Translations under genes and position numbers: made by a program
Shown here: piece after piece, positions 1-12,249 of the stretch
Layout of the letters: each line of letters opens with the position of its first letter
Position numbering within the stretch: the first letter of the stretch is position 1
Source of the DNA: Marsupella aquatica
Taxonomy: Eukaryota > Plantae > Marchantiophyta
Length of the DNA: 64,000 bases
Direction: 5' to 3'
Assembly: GCA_973895155.1 (NCBI GenBank)
Contig: OZ316898.1
Coordinates: 20,905,292 to 20,969,291, forward strand
The notes under the pieces: generated by a model
The model's database searches: none
What the model was told of the DNA's origin: nothing
Seen by the model: the letters and a program-made list of their open reading frames with translations, nothing else

Positions 1-802
1 TAGTGTAAAAGTAGGGAACCAGACCTAAAGTAAATAAATTATAAACTAGAGGAAGGAAGTAGAGATGGCAGGGAGAAAATTTTTCCTCCTTTGGGATTGG
101 GAAGACAAGGAGATGGGGCAGGAAAGAAAGAATTATAGAGTGCTTAAAAAGGAGGAAAAGGAAGCCGAAAAGGAAGAAGCAAAACGACGTTTGAAGTTAT
201 GTAGTGAGTGCCTTGGATTAACAATTGATGATTAGCTAAGCAACCGTGAATAAGACCAGCTGAACCTGACCTTGAGACCTGACCTGACCTGAGTCGAGGC
301 CTGTATGAGGAAGAGCCGACAATGATGACTTTGTAGACTACAAAGATGTTGTAATTTCGAAACCTTAAAAGGGTTTAAAATGAATAAAAAGGAGAAGAAA
401 TAAAAAAGAGTGTTTCTGAAAAGTCTTGGATGTTGCAAAAGTGTTGTGAATAGATTGAGTGAATTCTAGCTATCCTGAAAACAAGAAATAAGAATAAGCG
501 TTGAAAATTAATTTGACATGATTGATTTTAAGGAGTGAACTAAAACAAATTTTGTTAAAACATCTATTATCTACAAAAAGCACCCTAGCTTAAACCAATA
601 AGGAATAGAATGAATGAATAGAGAAAATTGTTTGTTTTAAAGAAGCTAAAATACAAAAGGAAAAATTATGCCAAATAGAACCTCTTAACTCGAATTGAAA
701 CACATTAAGAAAACTGATACACGTGTGATTAAAAGAAAGTAAGAAAGTCCCTAAAATATAAGAAACTAGTATTTCATACCGCCATTAACGGTTCCCCGGA
801 CA
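1..802. mobile_element. Right end of an LTR-like element, same family as 52740-55233 but in the opposite orientation
   Basis: Ends ...GTTCCCCGGACA followed by CCGG (803-806), matching the reverse complement of TGTCCGGGGAC at 52740. From 65 it reads MAGRKFFLLWDWEDKE...EAKRRLKLCSECLG, matching SGRKFFLLWDWK...EARRRLKLCPTCLG on the - strand at 53129-53314. Confidence 0.75.
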
Positions 803-2762
803 CCGGATCCCATCGCGCATAATGGGCGTGCTACCAACTGGCAACGCCCATAACTTACTCGTTAGGCATCCGCAAGCGGAGTGCCTTAGCCCGTTGTGAC
901 CGGGCCGACCCAGTGAACATGCCTAGGCCCCCAGGTCCGATTGCCGCTCGGGGCCCCCGACCGGCCCAACCCGGCTCGAGCCATAACTTGTGCCCCAAGC
1001 GTCCGTTGCCCATGGCGTCAACTCCATTGGCCTTGGGCCCAAAAGAAGCTCACACTCAAGTCCTCAAAACTCAAAGTCCATCCGGAGGTCCGAACGACCA
1101 TCCTTGAGCTCGGCCCCTTTTCCCTTGACCCAACCAGCCATCAGCTCATCCAAGTCCTTAGTGTGTGCCCCTAGCCAGACTCGATGCCTCGCCAGTGCCA
1201 TGTCTCATTGCCCACAAGTCTCCCCATGCTAAGTCCTCCCTGGATGGCCTATCCGGGCCTGGACCATAAGGGAGCTCGGCGTCGGAGTCAGCGACGCCGG
1301 AGCTGAGTGTTAAGGTAGTCGAGTTTCGCGACTTGTTGCCGATCACGGAAAAATAAACTATTTTTCCAACGGATCACCATAGGGGCCCAAGAATCCCCAC
1401 ATGAGCCCGATCATGGGGCCGCATATTTCTCGGCCAACGGACCCAGTGGCCAAAAGTTATGGCCGACTCAAGCCGCATACTTGTAGTTTGGGCCCGTTGC
1501 CGATCACGGAAAAAATGAACTATTTTTCCAACGGATCACCATAGGGGCCCAAGAAGCCCCACATGAGCCCGATCATGGGGCCGCATATTTTTTGGCCAAC
1601 GGATCTAGGGGCCAAAAGTTATGGCCGATTTAGACTCGATTAGAGTCGTCGCGTATCGATGGACCAAGAGGGGGTTGCCTGGATCAGAGCGGGTTTAGGG
1701 CCGCAACTTTTAGCCCCTTATGCCACAATTTGTGCTTGAGGCCAAGTTACGGAAGGTTTTCGATTATCTTCGTTTCGAGCTAAGTGGCAGGGCCCACGGA
1801 CCCTCGGATAGGGGGCCAAAGATAGGGGACCAAAGCTGGTCCGGGGGTGGCAGGTCCCCAGAAGCATATATGAGGGGAGTGGTCCTCTCAAGTTTGAGCT
1901 CGAGCTGATCGCGATCGACGAAGATACGTCATTTTGAGTTTTGAAGCGGAAACAAGCATAACTCGACGACCGGATCTCCGTTGGGGGAGTTCTTGGGCTC
2001 GTTGGAAAGCTAATGAAGAAAGCTACCTCATGATGCTCTCTTATTGTGCATTGGATGGTTTTGGTTTTGAGGCTTGCAATGGGGGGAGTCCCTCTTGCCG
2101 ATCCGAAGTCGAACAGTGACCAAACCGCATTTGGTTTCCACGGGGACCTGATATTGGAGAGGTAGGACCAAGTAGACTCTGGGGGCTGCCATTGAGATCT
2201 GGTCCTGATGCATGGTGAGAGGTTGAGCGGAACCCGATTTCATAGAGAGGTGGCTAAGATCTAGAAACTGAATGGTCCCGGCGTGTTACTACTAGTTTGT
2301 GAAACTGAGTTTGGGCCATGGGCATGTCCTGGAGGCAGGGCGGTCAGCCATTGACGGGTAGAAAGTGGGGAAGTTTGGGCGACATCCGGTATATAGACTG
2401 TTTCGAACGAACAGTGATGCCGACCTTAGTTTCAGCTTATGGCAAGGCCATGCAGGCCTGGGAAGCTCTATCCGCTGACCTACTTACTAACGACTGTTGA
2501 GCTTGATGCAAGACAATGGTCTTAGGAGTTCCGAGATCAAGACGGGTTCTTACCGATTGGTTGGTTGCTTGTGCAGATAGTAAAGACCATTGAGCGACGG
2601 TTATGTTAACGAGGGCAAGTGCGGCTTCGTATGGGAGGGGTTGCTAACAACAAGGAGTATAGTCGGAGAGAACTTGCCCCAACATTCCGTGTTAGTGCAA
2701 GGTTTGACTTGTTTCAAGGCTAAGAAGCGAGTTTGGACGGGCACGTGGTGGGAGGTCCACCA
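803..2762. repeat. GC-rich non-coding repeat or LTR-like segment, probably a TE inserted in the giant-LTR copy that follows
   Basis: No credible ORF; contains an internal tandem duplication; ends ...GTCCACCA immediately before homology to the giant-LTR ORF begins. Confidence 0.35.
1335..1629. repeat. Two ~133-bp near-identical direct repeats, period 161 bp
   Basis: GTTGCCGATCACGGAAAAA...CCAAAAGTTATGGCCGA starts at both 1335 and 1496. Confidence 0.9.
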
Positions 2763-4689
2763 CTCAGAGGAAGGAGAGGGCACTGAAGGGGGAGCTTGAA
2801 AATCTCCACAAGGCCTTCCAACAAAAGAAGGATGAATTAGATGAGGCCTACAGGTGCGTCAATAAGTTGAAGGAGGACCTCAAAACCCTGTCGGCCAACT
2901 TTCAAGCCGACCTGCGTAAGAAGGACAACATGCTCGATCAAACCTACAAGAAGATGAATAAGATGGAGTTTGATGTCGTCCACAAGCTCAACGCAGAGCT
3001 GAGAGCAGCCCAAGAGGAGAGGGCGGCCTTACGGAAGGAGTTGGACAAAAACCAGGAGTTGGAAGAAGCCATGCAGAAAATGGAGAACTTGTAGAGGCGG
3101 GCGGACTACCAAACGGAGTGGTTGAAGAAACTGGCCGAGGAGTTAAATCGGCAGGCTACAACAAGTGGACCCCAAGTGGCGGCAACAGGGTTACAGGGCA
3201 TGGTACTGGCCAAACGACAAGCCAAGGCACCCTCACTTGTACCGGAAGTAATTGGCAAGGGGAAGGCACCAACTGCCTGGGAAGGGAAGGACAAGAAGAA
3301 GCAAAAACCTTTTGGGTCAGGGAGCAACGTGATTCCTCATGCCACCGTGACTAAGGTAGAAAGCATGGCACCGGCCTTATGCAAGGTAGTGGCTGTCAAG
3401 GTGGCAGTCTTGGAGGTAGGCCAAGAAGACCAGCTGGGGGAGGCCATGACGGGCACTGACTCAAGGTTGCAAATCATTGATTGGCATCAACCACAACCTT
3501 GGGAAGATAAGACAACCCGCCTCATAGGACGAGCCTATGAGGAGGACCACTACGTCAAGATGGTCAATGTTGAGACTGACAGTGCCAAAGCCACGGGCCC
3601 CACTGTTACAAGCTAGGGAAGCATAAGTCGGGGAAGTAGAAGCAGAGGTAGGAGTGGGACCCGATCACACCGAGGATGGGTTGACCCAGTCGGGAGCGGG
3701 TAACCTGTCAGAGGACAGACCGACTACATTGGCCGCCAAGGAAGGATTGGGAGTGTCCACTGAGGACCAGCCACCAGTGTCATGACAGTGGAGGAAGGTC
3801 ATCCCTTTTAGGGAGGGCGGACGTGGAGGTAGAAGGCGTGAGTGGGCAGAGTGGGCGCGGACCTCCAAATTTAGGATTAGGATTAGGGCCAAAAGGTGGC
3901 CCTAACACTTAGATTAGCGGGATTGCAGTCCACTGGTAAGAGCAACACTTGTGCTCTTGCCCGCTGTACATAGGTAGATTACACTTAGAGGTAAACTTGG
4001 CTTACACAACAAGGAAATAGGTAGATGCGCTGCCAAGATAAATACCTGTGGAGCGGGGACTTCAGGGCTTTTTCTTAGCAAGTTTTTAGTGCACCAGCAA
4101 GGTTGGGATCAATTAGTAAGAGAAACTCTCGGTTAGTTATGTAGTGACTCTTGTATATATTCATGTTTCTTAATGCCTAAGAGCTGAATAGAGTTGGCCT
4201 TCCAGTTTAGTTTGCAAATCTTGTGTGTGAGAAGTACTCCTTGTATGGCAATTGCATAGTATAACTTTGTCAGTATGAGTTATCTTTCTAGTTGTGTGTC
4301 GCATCAACTTGTGTGAAGATTGTCCACATCAACTACAGGAGAGAAAAGAAGTAAGTGAAGTCATAAGGAGCAAGAAGAGTTGGATGTGTTGAGCTGAGAG
4401 GAATCTTAGTGGCTACCCAAGTCGATTGGGCATCATTCCGATGGCGGAATCCAAACATACTTGAAGGGAGACCGATAGAAGAGAATAAGGAGAGGCCTAG
4501 AGTAGGCCGGCTACATATCTCATGACCCGATGAAGGATCTGTCCAGTATATGTGGGTAAAAAGTTAGTAAAGTAGTTTAGTAGTGTCCCATGCCAATAAG
4601 CCGCGAAACTGGCCCTAGCAAGAGCAAAACCAATGGGAATCGGCTTGTTTAGGGGTTCTTGGGTTTAGAAAGCCATGGGATGCAGCACA
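2763..4689 (+). mobile_element. Diverged 3' portion of the ORF-bearing giant gypsy LTR (copy 1)
   Basis: TQRKERALKGELE...ANFQADLRKKDNMLDQTYKKMN...GKGKAP aligns to the C-terminal part of ORF 58924-61941. The non-coding part aligns to 61940-62862 and ends AGCCATGGGATGCAGCACA. No PBS follows. Confidence 0.85.
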
Positions 4690-4985
4690 GCTTCTCACTT
4701 TGGTCATGTTAAATCTGCATAGAGGATCCATTGATCTTGAGGTAGCTCATTCTTTAAATCAGTCCACAACAACGTTCTTTCCCCCACATGATTTGGTGCA
4801 TACACATTGCTAAATTCAAAATTGCCATTTGCATGCTCCAATTGAGTCCATACAACTCTTCCTCCATCAAGATAGCCAGTAGCACGCACCTTCAGGAAGG
4901 GTGAATGAGAATAGTGCCCAATACCACCTTTACCTTCCACAGGAAGCGAATTAAAAAGCTGATAATTTGGTAGGATAGTCCGAAG
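4690..4985 (-). pseudogene. L1-type LINE apurinic endonuclease fragment
   Basis: NVYAPNHVGERTLLWTDLKNELPQDQWILYADL resembles the APE pattern NVYAP...R..LW...WI..GDFN. Confidence 0.75.
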
Positions 4986-5012
4986 TTTAGGGTTTAGGGT
5001 TTAGCTTTAGGG
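4986..5012 (+). repeat. Short interstitial plant telomere repeat, TTTAGGG x3 plus one variant
   Basis: TTTAGGG TTTAGGG TTTAGC TTTAGGG. Confidence 0.8.
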
Positions 5013-5659
5013 CCAACCAAAAGCTATCAACCTTAACTTCTTGTAGAGCAAGAGCATCCAAAGGAGGCCGTAAAGAAGAGACCCATTTAAGTACCACATT
5101 CTTCTGGTCCAGATTACATAACCAGCAAACATTCCATGAGGAGCGCTTCCTTCACAGCCTTGAGGCTGACATAATTGCAAATACAACATCACATAATGAA
5201 GCCTAGGTTGTGAAGAATTCTTGCATGCATACATTTGTTGACCTCATGGAAGAAGTTACACCCATGTGTTCTTCAAGCTGTTACAAGCCCCATTGCACTT
5301 GACGAGAAGGTGGGCGACACGAAGGCATAGTAGTTTGGTCCTTCACTCTGTAATCTGAGCCATTATAGAGTAGTCTCCAATTGAAGTCCAACCGGTTGCA
5401 TGCCTTACTTGGCATTTTGAACAAGTGTGTAGCAGTCTATAGGTCACTTGTCGCTACAATATTTTGGCAACAGGTTCATTGCCTAACTGTATATGTTTCA
5501 GACTCCCCAAAGTCTATTTTGGAGATTATAGTACGTGTTCCTTGTCGGTGATTGACTACATATTTGGAATAAATAAAGGATTTATGTTACAATGTGTCTC
5601 TCATGCACTGACTGTCGTTCCGAGCACTAAGTACAATGTAAGGCCCTTATCGGATATTT

Positions 5660-5956
5660 TGTAGGAAAACCGTCAGCTCCAGACTAGACAGCAATGCGGA
5701 ACATGAGAGCACTCAATCTCACACTACACCAACAAGACACCACGATCATGGAGAAACTCCTTAAGGATCCATAGCTCATGAGATTGAACATGTGAAAAAT
5801 GAGGGAGAGAATGCTCTCCCTCCAACCTATACCCCCCAAGGGGGACTAAGATGTGTGGGCCTAAATAAGTGGATCTTATCCTAAACTAACCAAGGGTTAA
5901 TTAACCCTAGTAAGGCCAAACTAACTATAGTCAAGAACTCGAGTCAATTTCTAACA
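5660..5956 (-). repeat. Copia 3' LTR (297 bp)
   Basis: TG...CA ends; adjacent PPT (ATCTCCACCTT on +, AAGGTGGAGAT on -) at 5957-5967. Confidence 0.95.
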
Positions 5957-6049
5957 ATCTCCACCTTGACTCCAGTTCACACAATGAGTCAGGTGATATA
6001 CAATATGTAACTAAGTAACATATCTACATAGTCTCTAGTTTGGCCCTAA

Positions 6050-9000
6050 CATTAATTATATCCACACAATGACTAAAGCTACTGGTAGGTAAAACTTTGG
6101 TAAACATGTCCGCTGCATTCTCCTCTGAAGCCACCTTCTCCAGAAACATCTACTTTGTCTCAATCACCTCACGGATGAAGTGATAATGAATATCAATGTG
6201 CTTTGTCCTAGCGTGGAACACAAGGTTCTTAGCTAGATGCAAAGCACTTTGACTGTCACACAGCAACACCGGTCTTTCAGGTAAAAGACCCAAATCACTC
6301 ACCAATCTTTGTAGCCAAATCAGTTCCTTGGTTGCCTCGCAGGCAGCCATGTACTCAGCCTCAGTAGTAGACAATGCAACACAGGATTGAGTTGCCGACT
6401 TCCAACTGATACAACCTCCACCTGCATAAACACATAGCCTGTAGTAGACTTCCTGTTATCCAAGTTACCAGCATAATCTAAATCTACAAAACCTCCCAAC
6501 TCTAATGTAGAGTCTGCTTTACCGTCAAATAGAATCCCACAATCTAAGGTATCTTTCAGATATCGCAAAACCCACTTCATTGCTTCCCAATGAAGTTTAC
6601 CAGGGTTTGCCATAGATCTACTCAAAATGCTAACGGCGTGGGCAATGTCAGGTCTAGTGCATGTCATTGCATACATCAAACTACCCATAATACTATCATA
6701 GGGAACCTGTTTCATCGCCAGTCTATCACTCTCACTAGAAGGGCAATTATTCTTTGAGAGTTTAAAGTGGGAAGCCAATGGAGTACCAACTGGTTTTGCA
6801 TTCTCCATCCCATACTTGGCAAGTACTTTCTCTAAATACTGTCTTTGAGACAACCATAATTGCCTCTGCTCCCTATCACGATGAATCTCCATCCCTAGAA
6901 TCTTCTTGGCCTGACCCAAGTCTTTCATTGAAAACTCCTTACTCAACATTGTTTTCAGATGGGCAACATCAAACTTATTCTCAGCCAGGATCAGCATGTC
7001 ATCCACGTATAGTGTCAGCACAATGTAACCAAAGCGTGAGTAATTCTCCACCTCCTTCATGTAAATACAACAATCATGTTCACTCCGCGTGAACCCCTGT
7101 GATAACATGAAGGAATCAAAAATGCTTATTCCATTGTCTGGGACTCTGCTTCAATCCGTATAACGAGCGCAAGAGCTGACACACCAAGTGTCTGGTCTTC
7201 TCATCAATAAAACCTAGAGGCTGAGCCATATAAATCTCCACATCAAGCAATCCATGTAGAAAAGCAGTAATTACATCCATTTGATCTAACTCAAGATCAT
7301 AGAATGCCACAATTGCAAGTTTGACAACTGGTGAGAAAATCTCCATGTAATCAAAGCCCTCCTTCTAGGTGTACCCTTTGGCCACAAGGCGTGCCTTGTA
7401 AGTGCCATCCTGCTTCTTCTTGTACAACCATCTACACGGAACCAGTGTCTTTCCGCGAGGCATGTCCACTAAGCGCCAAGTTGAATTCTTCTTCAAAGAA
7501 TTCATCTCCTTCAACATTGCCTCCATCCACTTATCCTTCTCTGGAGAGGCCATAGCTTCTTCATAGCTAGAGGGGTCTCCATCTTCAGTGAGCAATATAA
7601 CACCGGGATCATCGTCGTGCTCAACAACATGAACATGAGGATCTGCAAAACCAAATCTATCAGGGGGTTGGCCAAGTTGGCCCTTGTGGATCGCCTCAAT
7701 TGAGGAACTGCACCTCTACCAGAGGGACCAACAGTTTTCTCAACATCATCAAGCTCCACCGTAGTGGGTTCCTCCACCTGCTCCTCCTGATCATCCTGAG
7801 TTCTTGACAACCATTCTTCATCAAAAACAACATTTTTGCTCACAACTGCCTTGCAATCGACAGGATCCCACAATTTGTAGCCCTTTTGCCCCGGACTAAA
7901 GCCTAGAACAATACATTTCTTAGACTTGGGATCCAACTTAGACCTGTGTGTCTGCTCAATGTGAACATAGGTAGCACACCCAAAAACTCAGAGTCTAGAG
8001 TAATCAGCAGGTCTCTTATACCACAACTCAAATGGAGTTTGCATCAACTTACTATTGTGTGGTGACAGGTTGTAAACGTATGCAGCTTGGTTGACAGCTT
8101 CAGCCCAAACATTATTGGGCAACTTGGACCTACATAGCATGTTGCGTGCTTTCTCCAGTAATATCCGATTCAACCGTTCTGCCACTCCATTCTGCTGCAG
8201 GGTCTCCGGTACAGTGTAATGACGCTTGAGGCCAAGGTCCCGACCAAATTGGTCAAACTCATTGGACTTATACTTGCCACCATTATCTGACCAAACACAC
8301 TTCAACTCCTTTCTAGTTTGTAGCTCCACCATGGCTTTCCACTCCTTGAAGATCTCAAATACTTGAGACTTCTCCTTCATGTAGTATAGCCAACACATTC
8401 GAGAGTAATCATCTACAAACGTCACAAAATATCTGGCTCCACCCAACGACGGCTTCGACGCTGGACCCCAAACATCCAAATGTACATACTCAAGAATCTC
8501 ATGAGAATGGTAGGAACTAGAACTGAAACTCACTCTCCTTTGCTTGCCATAGATGCAATCTTCACAGAAAGAAAGTTTTCCAGATTGTGCGCCTTGCAAC
8601 AAATCTCTATTTGCCAAGGCTGCCAATCCTTTACCACTCAAGTGCCCCAAACGTGCATGCCATAAATCTATGGCATGTGTGCGACCAGATGTTGATGGTG
8701 CTTCAATTGAAGCAACCGACGACACCACTGCATCCAAACATTCCACCACAGAATCCACATGCTCCATTCTAGGAGCAATGACATATCCTTGCAAGATGTA
8801 CAAATTATTCTATCGGAGCGCCTTAATCAAAGATACCTCACCTTTGACAACAAAGAGCGCACCATCACGTGCAGTGAAATGATATCCACCAGCTTCCAAA
8901 GCACCAAGAGAAATCAAGTTCTTAGAGATGTCTAGTATGTGCCTGACTTCCGTCAATGCTCGCACAACACCATCAAACATCCAAAATTTGATAGTCCCCA

Positions 9001-9990
9001 TGCCAACAATCTCACATCAGACCCCATTGCCAATTTCCACGCTACCAGTACACGGTTGGCAAGTAGAGAAGTAAGATCGCGTCAGACACACGTGATAAGA
9101 TGAACCTGAATCCAACATCCATTTATTGTCATACACAGAATTAACCGCACCAATACATAGCACTTCAGCACCATCCTCATGATCAGCAATCACAATGCCA
9201 ACTGAAGATGAAGATGCACCATCAAAAGCAGGATGCTTTTTCCTGGTCAAAGAAGGGCAAGACCCCTTGGTGTGGCCCTTCTCATGGCAATGCCAACACT
9301 GAACCTTCTTACTACGGGACTTAGATTTAGATCTGTTATGAGATCTAGATCTAGATAGATCCGCAGTACGCTCAGTTGATCTACCTCTAACCATTAAGGC
9401 AACAGACTCATCATCATGGGAAGATAGATATCGCTTGCTCCATTCTGCAAGAACAATAGCCTTCATCGCATCCAGCTTCAACGAAGTCTTGTCATGTGTG
9501 ATGACCGTTACCAACGTCAAAAAGCTCTTCAAAAGCGACATTAACAAATGCATTGCAAGATACTCATCGGTCAACTTATCTCCCGCCGTGGTCACCTCGT
9601 GCACAATCTCATCGAAGAGACTAAGATGATCACACATGTTTCCACCATCCTGCAACTTCAACCTGAATAGTCGCTTCAACTGGTAAATGCGAGTAGTCAA
9701 TGAAGTACTTTGGTATAACTGAGTAAGCGTATCCCAAATCTTCTTGGCGTTGCGATTCATCCCCAACACGTTCTTGAGAATGTTGTTCGCCAAGAACAAC
9801 TCAATTGTACTACACGCCTGCACCAACATGTCGAGGCGTGAAGTGAAGTGAGGGCTTCACTCCAGTGATGGTCTTCTCAAGACCCTGCTTGATCAACATG
9901 TTGGTCACCTTCTGAGTCCAGAGGCTAAAGCTGACCTTCCCATCAAACTTTTCCACCTTAAATTTGGCGCCGCAAGCATTCTTGAAGTAA
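6050..9990 (-). pseudogene. Copia gag-pol, fragmented by stops and frameshifts
   Basis: KFDGKVSFSLW (gag), CWHCHEKGHTKGSC (zinc knuckle), WMLDSGSSYH (protease), LWHARLGH/FVDDYSR/QNGVAER (integrase), QMDVITAFLHG/LYGLKQSPR/LYVDDMLI (RT), STTEAEY/CDSQSA (RNase H). Confidence 0.95.
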
Positions 9991-10194
9991 TTGATGCTGA
10001 CACAAACACACAGGAAACACAAGTACCAAAATACCTCTACACACAATCACCAAAAAATGAAAGTTGGCAAAAGTGGAACTGTAATGCACCATCGCGTAGC
10101 CTGCAAGGTACACTACCAATATCTGAAAACGATTTGGCAAAAAATTGCTTCTAAAAAAAGTTATCCAAAAATATATTTTTTCTCCTCCTCAAAG

Positions 10195-10413
10195 CACCCG
10201 CGGAACAATGTTCCGTGGGTCCCTGTTTTTTCCCCACTGCAAAGTTGCCGCGGAACGGTGTTCCGTGGGTCACTATTTTTTCCCACCGCCAAGTTGCCGC
10301 AGAATGGTGTTCCGTGGCAACTGTTTTTTCCCACCAACGAACCGCGACGAAACAGTGTTCCGTGGGAGACTGTCTCACCACCACTGAGCTGCGATGAAAT
10401 AGTGTTCCGCGGG
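10195..10413. repeat. Five ~52-bp repeats with palindromic cores in the copia 5' leader
   Basis: CCGCGGAAC-aat-GTTCCGTGG, CCGCGGAAC-ggt-GTTCCGTGG and three more degenerate copies. Confidence 0.8.
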
Positions 10414-11081
10414 TGAAATTTCTCACCTCCACTCAGAACAAGCGCTAAACACGGTGTGATATTTGGACAAAATCACTGTTCACTTGTCATTTTCTGTTTG
10501 CCCTAAGTAACAACCACACCTCACCGCTATAGTGCGTGGCGGCTGCAAACTTGCACTCGTACTCCACCACACAAATTGTCGGCGTCGCCGCAAATTGTTG
10601 CGCAACGCGACCCAAGAGGTGAACGAAGAAAAAATTGAGAAAAACCACGAAGAAAAAAAAAGAACATCGATGTTTTCGCGAGAAAACATCAATCCAAGAC
10701 CCCATAAGAGATCAAGCCGAGCACAAAGACTCCATAGCCAAAGAGATTAGGCTACAAACAACAAAACATAAAAAATATTGCTCGGCACTCGCCGAATGAA
10801 ACGCTGTGAAAGTTTCACCGAGACGAAGTGCTCGCCGATGTGCATAATGAAATGTGAGACAGTCCGCTTGATAGTACATTCAGAAAACCAGAGACACATC
10901 CGACACTTCTGATGTGAAGTTTCAATCAGGAAACCGTCACTCCTTCTAAACGCAAAACCTCTAGCGCACAACGACCAGTGACACGATCACACAAATTGTT
11001 GAAAACAATCTGATCTGTCACCACAATTCAACACAAAGAGCACTCTCACCACTGTTCAGGCAACCAAACGTCAAACACAAA

Positions 11082-11093
11082 GCTCTGATACCA
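11082..11093 (-). promoter_or_regulatory. Primer-binding site for tRNA-iMet
   Basis: TGGTATCAGAGC on the - strand, 2 nt inside the 5' LTR. Confidence 0.95.
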
Positions 11094-11095
11094 CT

Positions 11096-11391
11096 TGTAG
11101 GAAAACCGTCAGCTCCAGACTAGACAACAATGCGGAACATGAGAGCACTCAATCTCACACTACACCAACAAGACACCATGATCATGGAGAAACTCCTGAA
11201 GGATCCATAGCTCATGAGATTGAACATGTGAAGAATGAGAGAGAGAATGCTCTCCCTCCAACCTATACCCCCCAAGGGGGACTAAGATGTGTGGGCCTAA
11301 ATAAGTGGATCTTATCCTAAACTAACAAGGGTTAATTAACCCTAGTAAGGCCAAACTAACTATAGTCAAGAACTCGAGTCAATTCCTAACA
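11096..11391 (-). repeat. Copia 5' LTR (296 bp)
   Basis: Near-identical to 5660-5956. Confidence 0.95.
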
Positions 11392-12249
11392 TATTTGATA
11401 GTGTTGCTTGGGAGAGCATGCAGAAGCGCAATAAAGCATCCCTTCACTGCACGGTAGAGACAACAACGATCCACAAAGCATAACTACAAAGAATAAGGCA
11501 GAAGCCATTATTAAAGGATAAACCACAATGCATTTTCTCATTCGGCATGGTCCAGGGGAAACAAACACCAACAACAAGAAACTCAATGGTGAAGACATCC
11601 ATCGCTCTGACATTAAGTATGGTAGTGAAAGTATATTACAAAGTATTGTGACAGAGCCATAATTTATTGCACTACTCGTCAACAATCAACACTATCTCCT
11701 CAAGCGTATGTGTGGGTGGAACGTTGCCTGACTTTGTGAATCCTATCAAGAAGGCCTGTACAAGCTCCCTAAAATTTGGTGACGTGGCCCAAGTTTGGCT
11801 GCACCAAATCTGGATATTTCCAATCACATCCATGATTGACTGGTTGAGCGCCACTGTGAGGACGGGTAACTATAAAGCCTAGGTCAGTAATTTGCTTGGC
11901 AAAAATGGTGGTGTTGCTCGGTTCTTTCTTGTCCTTCTTGGCTTTGACAGGGTGGGCCCATTTGATTTGCCGACTACCATGTTCATGTGATTTGAGATGG
12001 CTTGGCACATGTCTACCAAGGCGCCCATGTATTCGTCTCAAATTAGCTTGGAAAGACAGTTGCTTTGGCTTACGTTTGATGCTGAGTTTATCTGGTGCAT
12101 TGGGTCCACTCACCAAATTGTGCAAGTCATGGTAGCTCATTTTCTTTGTTGGCGAAGTCATTGGCGGCCATCCCTTCTTGGCAGCGTTATTGCCAGCCAT
12201 CCCCTTGCGCTTGGTTGTCCTCTTTGATCCCATCAATTTGTCCACCCAT

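Larger units (their letters stand above)
5660..11391 (-). mobile_element. Full-length Ty1/copia LTR retrotransposon with disrupted coding region
   Basis: LTRs at 5660-5956 and 11096-11391 (TGTAGG...TAACA), differing by 6 substitutions and 1 indel by eye. 5-bp TSD TATTT at 5655-5659 and 11392-11396. PBS, PPT and gag-PR-INT-RT-RNaseH order present. Confidence 0.97.

Noticed and set aside
10195-10413. CRISPR-like look of the spaced palindromes (also 28100-28408 and 47436-47588)
   Set aside because: Spacers are related to each other, there are no cas genes, and the context is eukaryotic TE sequence.
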